Shown: positions 56,901-64,000 of the stretch, piece after piece
How positions within the stretch are numbered: position 1 is the first letter of the stretch
How the letters are laid out: every line of letters begins with the position of its first letter
Source of the DNA: Auanema rhodensis
Lineage: Eukaryota; Animalia; Nematoda
Direction of reading: 5' to 3'
Assembly: GCA_964057225.1 (NCBI GenBank)
Contig: OZ059896.1
Coordinates: 4,898,001-4,962,000 of the forward strand
DNA: 64,000 nt
The notes under the pieces: model-generated
Told to the model about the DNA's origin: nothing
Databases searched by the model: none
The model's input: only the letters and a program-made list of their open reading frames with translations
Made by a program: the position numbers and the translations under genes

Positions 56901-59900
56901 TATCTTTCACGTGAAGCGAGTTACATACCAAGTGCACATCACGTGTACATTTAATTAGCATAAATTAAAGTTCACGTAAATTTCAAAGTCATGGTTACCA
57001 TGCACCAATATCAATAAAAATTTGTTTTTAGACTAATATGGACATGGGGAATCTAATTTCGAAAACCGCATCTCTTTATCTTTCACGTGAAGCGAGTTAC
57101 ATACCAAGTGCACATCACGTGTACATTCAATTAGCATAAATTAAAGTTCACGTAAATTTCAAAGTCATGGTTAGCATGAACCAATATCAATAAAAATTTG
57201 TTTTTAGACTAATATGGACATGGGGAATCTAATTTTGAAAACCGCATCTCTTTATCTTTCACGTGAAGCGAGTTACATTCCAGGTGCACATCACGTGTAC
57301 ATTTATTTAGCATAAATTAAAGTTCACGTAAATTTCAAAGTCATGGTTACCATTAACCAATATCAATAAAAATTTGTTTTTAGACTAATATGGACATGGG
57401 GAATCTAATTTTGCAAACCGCATCTCTTTATCTTTCACGTGAAGCGAGTCACATACCAAGTGCACATCACGTGTACATTCAATTAGCATAAATTAAAGTT
57501 CACGTAAATTTCAAAGTCATGGTTACCATGCACCAATATCAATAAAAATTTGTTTTTAGACTAATATGAACATGGGGAATCTAGTTTTGAAAACCGCATC
57601 TCTTTATCTTCCACGTGAAGCGAGTTACATACCAAGTGCACATCACGTGTACATTTAATTAGCATAAATTAAAGTTCACGTAATTTTCAAAGTCATGGTT
57701 ACCATGAACCAATATCAATAAAAATTTGTTTTTAGACTAATATGGACATGGGGAATCTAATTTTGAAAACCGCATCTATTTATCTTTCACGCGAAGCGAG
57801 TTACATACCAAGTGCACATCACGTGTACATTTAATTAGCATAAAGTAAAGTTCACGTAAATTTCAAAATCATGGTTACCATGAACCAATATCAATAAAAA
57901 TTTGTTTTTAGACTCATATGGACATGGGGAATCTAATTTTGAAAACCGCATCTCTTTATCTTTCACGTGAGGCGAGTTACATACCAAGTGCACATCACGT
58001 GTACATTTAATTAGCATAAGTTAAAGTTCACGTAAATTTCAAAGTCATGGTTACCATGCACCAATATCAATAAAAATTTGTTTTTAGACTAATATGGACA
58101 TGGGGAATCTAATTTTGAAAACCGCATCTCTTTATCTTTCACGTGAAGCGAGTTACATACCAAGTGCACATCACGTGTACATTTAATTAGCATAAATTAA
58201 AGTTCACGTAAATTTCAAAGTCATGGTTAGCATGAACCAATATCAATAAAAATTTGTTTTTAGACTAATATGGACATGGGGAATCCAATTTTGAAAACGT
58301 CATCTCTTTATCTTTCACGTGAAGCGAGTTACATACCAAGTGCACATCACGTGTACATTTAATTAGCATAAATTAAAGTTCACGTAAATTTCAAAGTCAT
58401 GGTTACCATGAACCAATATCAATAAAAATTTGTTTTTAGACTAATATGGACATGGGGAATCTAATTTTGAAAACCGCATCTCTTTATCTTTCACGTGAAG
58501 CGAGTTACATACCAAGTGCACATCACGTGTACATTTAATTAGCATAAATTAAAGTTCACGTAAATTTCAAAGTCATGGTTACCATGCACCAATATCAATA
58601 AAAATTTGTTTTTAGACTAATATGGACATGGGGAATCTAATTTTGAAAACGTCATCTCTTTTTCTTTCACGTGAAGCGAGTTACATAAGAAGTGCACATC
58701 ACGTGTACATTTAATTAGCATAAATTAAAGTTCACGTAAATTTCAAAGTCATGGTTACCATGAACCAATATCAATAAAAATTTGTTTTTAGACTAATATG
58801 GACATGGGGAATCTAATTTTGAAAACCGCATCTCTTTATCTTTCACGTGAAGCGAGTTACATACCAAGTGCACATCACGTGTACATTTAATTAGCATAAA
58901 TTAAAGTTAACGTAAATTTCAAAGTCATGGTTACCATGCACCAATATCAATAAAAATTTGTTTTTAGACTAATATGGACATGGGGAATCTAATTTTGAAA
59001 ACGTCATCTCTTTATCTTTCACGTGAAGCGAGTTACATACCAAGTGCACATCACGTGTACATTTAATTAGCATAAATTAAAGTTCACGTAAATTTCAAAG
59101 TCATGGTTACCATGAACCAATATCAATAAAAATTTGTTTTTAGACTAATATGGACATGGGGAATCTAATTTTGAAAACCGCATCTCTTTATCTTTCACGT
59201 GAAGCGAGTTACATTCCAGGTGCACATCACGTGTACATTTATTTAGCATAAATTAAAGTTCACGTAAATTTCAAAGTCATGGTTACCATGAACCAATATC
59301 AATAAAAATTTGTTTTTAGACTAATATGGACATGGGGAATCTAATTTTGCAAACCGCATCTCTTTATCTTTCACGTGAGGCGAGTTACATACCAAGTGCA
59401 CATCACGTGTACATTTAATTAGCATAAATTAAAGTTCACGTAAATTTCAAAGTCATGGTTACCATGAACCAATATCAATAAAAATTTGTTTTTAGACTAA
59501 TATGGACATGGGGAATCTAATTTTGAAAACCGCATCTCTTTATCTTTCACGTGAAGCAAGTTACATACCAAGTGCACATCACGTGTACATTTAATTAGCA
59601 TAAATTAAAGTTCACGTAAATTTCAAAGTCATGGTTACCATGAACCAATATCAATAAAAATTTGTTTTTAGACTAATATGGACATGGGGAATCTAATTTT
59701 GAAAACCGCATCTTTTTATATTTCACGTGAAGCGAGTTACATACCAAGTGCACATCACGTGTACATTTAATTAGCATAAATTAAAGTTAACGTAAATTTC
59801 AAAGTCATGGTTACCATGCACCAATATCAATAAAAATTTGTTTTTAGACTAATATGGACATGGTGAATCTAATTTTGAAAACCGCATCTCTTTATCTTTC

Positions 59901-62900
59901 ACGTGAAGCGAGTTACATACCAAGTGCACATCACGTGTACATTTAATTAGAATAAATTAAAGTTCACGTAAATTTCAAAGTCATGATTACCATGAACCAA
60001 TATCAATAAAAATTTGTTTTTAGACTAATATGGACATGGGGAATCTAATTTTGAAAACCGCATCTCTTTATCTTTCACGTGAAGCGAGTTACATACCAAG
60101 TGCACATCACGTGTACATTTAATTAGCATAAATTAAAGTTCACGTAAATTTCAAAGTCATGGTTACCATGCACCAATATCAATAAAAATTTGTTTTTAGC
60201 CTAATATGGACATGGGGAATCTAATTTTGAAAACCACATCTCTTTATCTTTCACGTGAAGCGAGTTACATACCAAGTGCACATCACGTGTACATTTAATT
60301 AGCATAAATTAAAGTTCACGTAAATTTCAAAGTCATGGTTACCATGAACCAATATCAATAAAAATTTGTTTTTAGACTAATATGGACATGAGGAATCTAA
60401 TTTTGAAAACCGCATCTCTTCATCTTTCACGTGAAGCGAGTTACATACCAAGTGCACATCACGTGTACATTTAATTAGCATAAATTAAAGTTCACGTAAA
60501 TTTCAAAGTCATGGTTACCATGCACCAATATCAATAAAAATTTGTTTTTAGACTAATATGGACATGGGGAATCTAATTTCGAAAACCGCATCTCTTTATC
60601 TTTCACGTGAAGCGAGTTACATACCAAGTGCACATCACGTGTACATTCAATTAGCATAAATTATAGTTCACGTAAATTTCAAAGTCATGGTTAGCATGAA
60701 CCAATATCAATAAAAATTTGTTTTTAGACTAATATGGACATGGGGAATCTAATTTTGAAAACCGCATCTCTTTATCTTTCACGTGAAGCGAGTTACATTC
60801 CAGGTGCACATCACGTGTACATTTATTTAGCATAAATTAAAGTTCACGTAAATTTCAAAGTCATGGTTACCATGAACCAATATCAATAAAAATTTGTTTT
60901 TAGACTAATATGGACATGGGGAATCTAATTTTGCAAACCGCATCTCTTTATCTTTCACGTGAAGCGAGTCACATACCAAGTGCACATCACGTGTACATTC
61001 AATTAGCATAAATTAAAGTTCACGTAAATTTCAAAGTCATGGTTACCATGCACCAATATCAATAAAAATTTGTTTTTAGACTAATATGAACATGGGGAAT
61101 CTAATTTTGAAAACCGCATCTCTTTATCTTCCACGTGAAGCGAGTTACATACCAAGTGCACATCACGTGTACATTTAATTAGCATAAATTAAAGTTCACG
61201 TAATTTTCAAAGTCATGGTTACCATGAACCAATATCAATAAAAATTTGTTTTTAGACTAATATGGACATGGGGAATCTAATTTTGAAAACCGCATCTATT
61301 TATCTTTCACGCGAAGCGAGTTACATACCAAGTGCACATCACGTGTACATTTAATTAGCATAAAGTAAAGTTCACGTAAATTTCAAAATCATGGTTACCA
61401 TGAACCAATATCAATAAAAATTTGTTTTTAGACTAATATGGACATGGGGAATCTAATTTCGAAAACCGCATCTCTTTATCTTTCACGTGAAGCGAGTTAC
61501 ATACCAAGTGCACATCACGTGTACATTCAATTAGCATAAATTAAAGTTCACGTAATTTTCAAAGTCATGGTTACCATGCACCAATATCAATAAAAATTTG
61601 TTTTTAGACTAATATGGACATGGGGAATCTAATTTTGAATACCGCATCTCTTTATCTTTCACGTGAAGCGAGTTACATACCAAGTGCACATCACGTGTAC
61701 ATTTAATTAGCATAAATTAAAGTTCACTTAAATTTCAAAGTCATGGTTACCATGCATCAATATCAATAAAATTTTGTTTTTAGACTAATATGGACATGGG
61801 GAATCTAATTTTGAAAACCGCATCTCTTTATCTTTCACGTGAAGCGAGTTACATACCAAGTGCACATCACGTGTACATTTAATTAGCATAAATTAAAGTT
61901 CACGTAAATTTCAAAGTCATGGTTAGCATGAACCAATATCAATAAAAATTTGTTTTTAGACTAATATGGACATGGGGAATCTAATTTTGAAAACGTCATC
62001 TCTTTATCTTTCACGTGAAGCGAGTTACATACCAAGTGCACATCACGTGTACATTTAATTAGCATAAATTAAAGTTCACGTAAATTTCAAAGTCATGGTT
62101 ACCATGAACCAATATCAATAAAAATTTGTTTTTAGACTAATATGGACATGGGGAATCTAATTTTGAAAACCGCATCTCTTTATCTTTCACGTGAAGCGAG
62201 TTACATACCAAGTGCACATCACGTGTACATTTAATTAGCATAAATTAAAGTTCACGTAAATTTCAAAGTCATGGTTACCATGCACCAATATCAATAAAAA
62301 TTTGTTTTTAGACTAATATGGACATGGGGAATCTAATTTTGAAAACGTCATCTCTTTATCTTTCACGTGAAGCGAGTTACATACCAAGTGCACATCACGT
62401 GTACATTTAATTAGCATAAATTAAAGTTCACGTAAATTTCAAAGTCATGGTTACCATGAACCAATATCAATAAAAATTTGTTTTTAGACTAATATGGACA
62501 TGGGGAATCTAATTTTGAAAACCGCATCTCTTTATCTTTCACGTGAAGCGAGTTACATACCAAGTGCACATCACGTGTACATTTAATTAGCATAAATTAA
62601 AGTTCACGTAAATTTCAAAGTCATGGTTACCATGCACCAATATCAATAAAAATTCGTTTTTCGACTAATATGGACATGGGGAATCTAATTTCGAAAACCG
62701 CATCTCTTTATCTTTCACGTGAAGCGAGTTACATACCAAGTGCACATCACGTGTACATTCAATTAGCATAAATTAAAGTTCACGTAAATTTCAAAGTCAT
62801 GATTACCATACACCAATATCGATAAAAATTTGTTTTTAGACTAATATGGACATGGGGAATCTAATTTTGAAAACCGCATCTCTTTATCTTTCATGTGAAG

Positions 62901-64000
62901 CGAGTTACATTCCAGGTGCACATCACGTGTACATTTATTTAGCATAAATTAAAGTTCACGTAAATTTCAAAGTCATGGTTACCATGAACCAATATCAATA
63001 AAAATTTGTTTTTAGACTAATATGGACATGGGGAATCTAATTTTGCAAACCGCATCTCTTTATCTTTCACGTGAGGCGAGTTACATACCAAGTGCACATC
63101 ACGTGTACATTTAATTAGCATAAATTAAAGTTCACGTAAATTTCAAAGTCATGGTTACCATGAACCAATATCAATAAAAATTTGTTTTTAGACTAATATG
63201 GACATGGGGAATCTAATTTTGAAAACCGCATCTCTTTATCTTTCACGTGAAGCGAAATACATACCAAGTGCACATCACGTGTACATTTAATTAGCATAAA
63301 TTAAAGTTCACGTAAATTTCAAAGTCATGGTTACCATGCACCAATATCAATAAAAATTTGTTTTTAGACTAATATGGACATGGGGAATCTAATTTCGAAA
63401 ACCGCATCTCTTTATCTTTCACGTGAAGCGAGTTACATACCAAGTGCACATCACGTGTACATTCAATTAGCATAAATTATAGTTCACGTAAATTTCAAAG
63501 TCATGGTTAGCATGAACCAATATCAATAAAAATTTGTTTTTAGACTAATATGGACATGGGGAATCTAATTTTGAAAACCGCATCTCTTTATCTTTCACGT
63601 GAAGCGAGTTACATTCCAGGAGCACATCACGTGTACATTTATTTAGCATAAATTAAAGTTCACGTAAATTTCAAAGTCATGGTTACCATGAACCAATATC
63701 AATAAAAATTTGTTTTTAGACTAATATGGACATGGGGAATCTAATTTTGCAAACCGCATCTCTTTATCTTTCACGTGAAGCGAGTCACATACCAAGTGCA
63801 CATCACGTGTACATTCAATTAGCATAAATTAAAGTTCACGTAAATTTCAAAGTCATGGTTACCATGCACCAATATCAATAAAAATTTGTTTTTAGACTAA
63901 TATGAACATGGGGAATCTAATTTTGAAAACCGCATCTCTTTATCTTCCACGTGAAGCGAGTTACATACCAAGTGCACATCACGTGTACATTTAATTAGCA
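53924..64000 (+). repeat. Satellite block 3, forward orientation (~57 monomers, subfamily B)
   Basis: Forward monomers resume at (AA)GCGAGTTACATACCAAG and run to the end of the window. Confidence 0.98.

Larger units (their letters stand above)
1..64000. repeat. 176-bp tandem satellite array (~364 monomers), centromeric/pericentromeric-type; family not identified
   Basis: TAATTAGCATAAATTAAAGTTCACG recurs at 1, 177, 353, 529 and so on (period 176). Consensus: TAATTAGCATAAATTAAAGTTCACGTAAATTTCAAA(C/G)TCATGGTTACCATG(C/A)ACCAATATCAATAAAA(A/T)TTTGTTTTTAGACTAATATGGACATGG(G/A)GAATCTAATTTTGAAAACCGCATCTCTTTATCTTTCACGTGAAGCGAGTTACATACCAAGTGCACATCACGTGTACATT. Monomers differ by only a few substitutions. 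The centromeric role is inferred from the nucleosome-sized monomer, AT richness and HORs. Confidence 0.99.
40700..64000. repeat. Monomer subfamily B domain
   Basis: In inverted-block reading, monomers are nearly fixed for CATGACT and TTCCCC, often carry GGTTCA, and have characteristic variants GATGACGT, CACCTGGAAT, TTTGCAAA, TTTCGAAA and ATTGAATG. The subfamily A alleles CATGAGT, TTCTCC and TTTTTAAAA disappear. Confidence 0.85.
45045..64000. repeat. Long inverted repeat around J2: arms ~45045-53873 and ~54996-64000 (runs off the window), spacer about 1.0-1.1 kb
   Basis: Mirrored rare variants have coordinate sum 108869 proximally (53365/55504, 52422/56447, 52203/56666, 51515/57354) and 109045 distally (50759/58286, 49487/59558, 48845/60200, 48624/60421, 48381/60664, 45565/63480). 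Confidence 0.93.

Noticed and set aside
532-58017. Nineteen 60-aa ORFs (MLIKCTRDVHLVCNS...)
   Set aside because: Each spans one monomer plus 7 nt and opens only when the consensus TAG at codon 35 is mutated (to TAC or GAG). There is no recognisable domain or gene context. They are useful only as HOR and orientation markers.
1-64000. CRISPR array or other repeat-spacer system
   Set aside because: There are no unique spacers; the whole 176-bp unit is repeated and no cas or other genes are present.
1-64000. Tandem 5S rRNA, tRNA, snRNA or telomeric repeat array
   Set aside because: I see no recognisable structural RNA sequence, Pol III internal promoter boxes or telomeric motif.
639-64000. Mirror arms as a pure assembly or chimeric-read artefact
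   Set aside because: Considered unlikely because both arms carry private SNPs and whole-monomer indels, and the junctions are clean with spacers. It cannot be formally excluded without reads.

Overview
The entire 64 kb window is one uninterrupted, highly homogeneous tandem satellite array: about 364 copies of a 176-bp AT-rich monomer (about 32% GC). It is centromere/pericentromere-like eukaryotic satellite DNA; I could not assign the family or species. I found no genes, RNA genes, transposons or unique sequence, and the 60-aa ORFs are by-products of monomer variants. The interest is in the architecture. The array switches orientation twice (forward 1-9899, inverted 9900-53923, forward 53924-64000). 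Rare monomer variants show that both switches are fold-back junctions with about 9-kb near-perfect mirror arms and short unpaired spacers, which fits an inverted triplication (DUP-TRP/INV-DUP or ODIRA-like) better than a plain inversion. Layered on this are several higher-order repeats (4-mer, 21-mer, 25/24-mer, 16-mer) and two monomer subfamilies with a boundary near 40.7 kb. Variant comparisons were done by eye, so the difference counts are minima.
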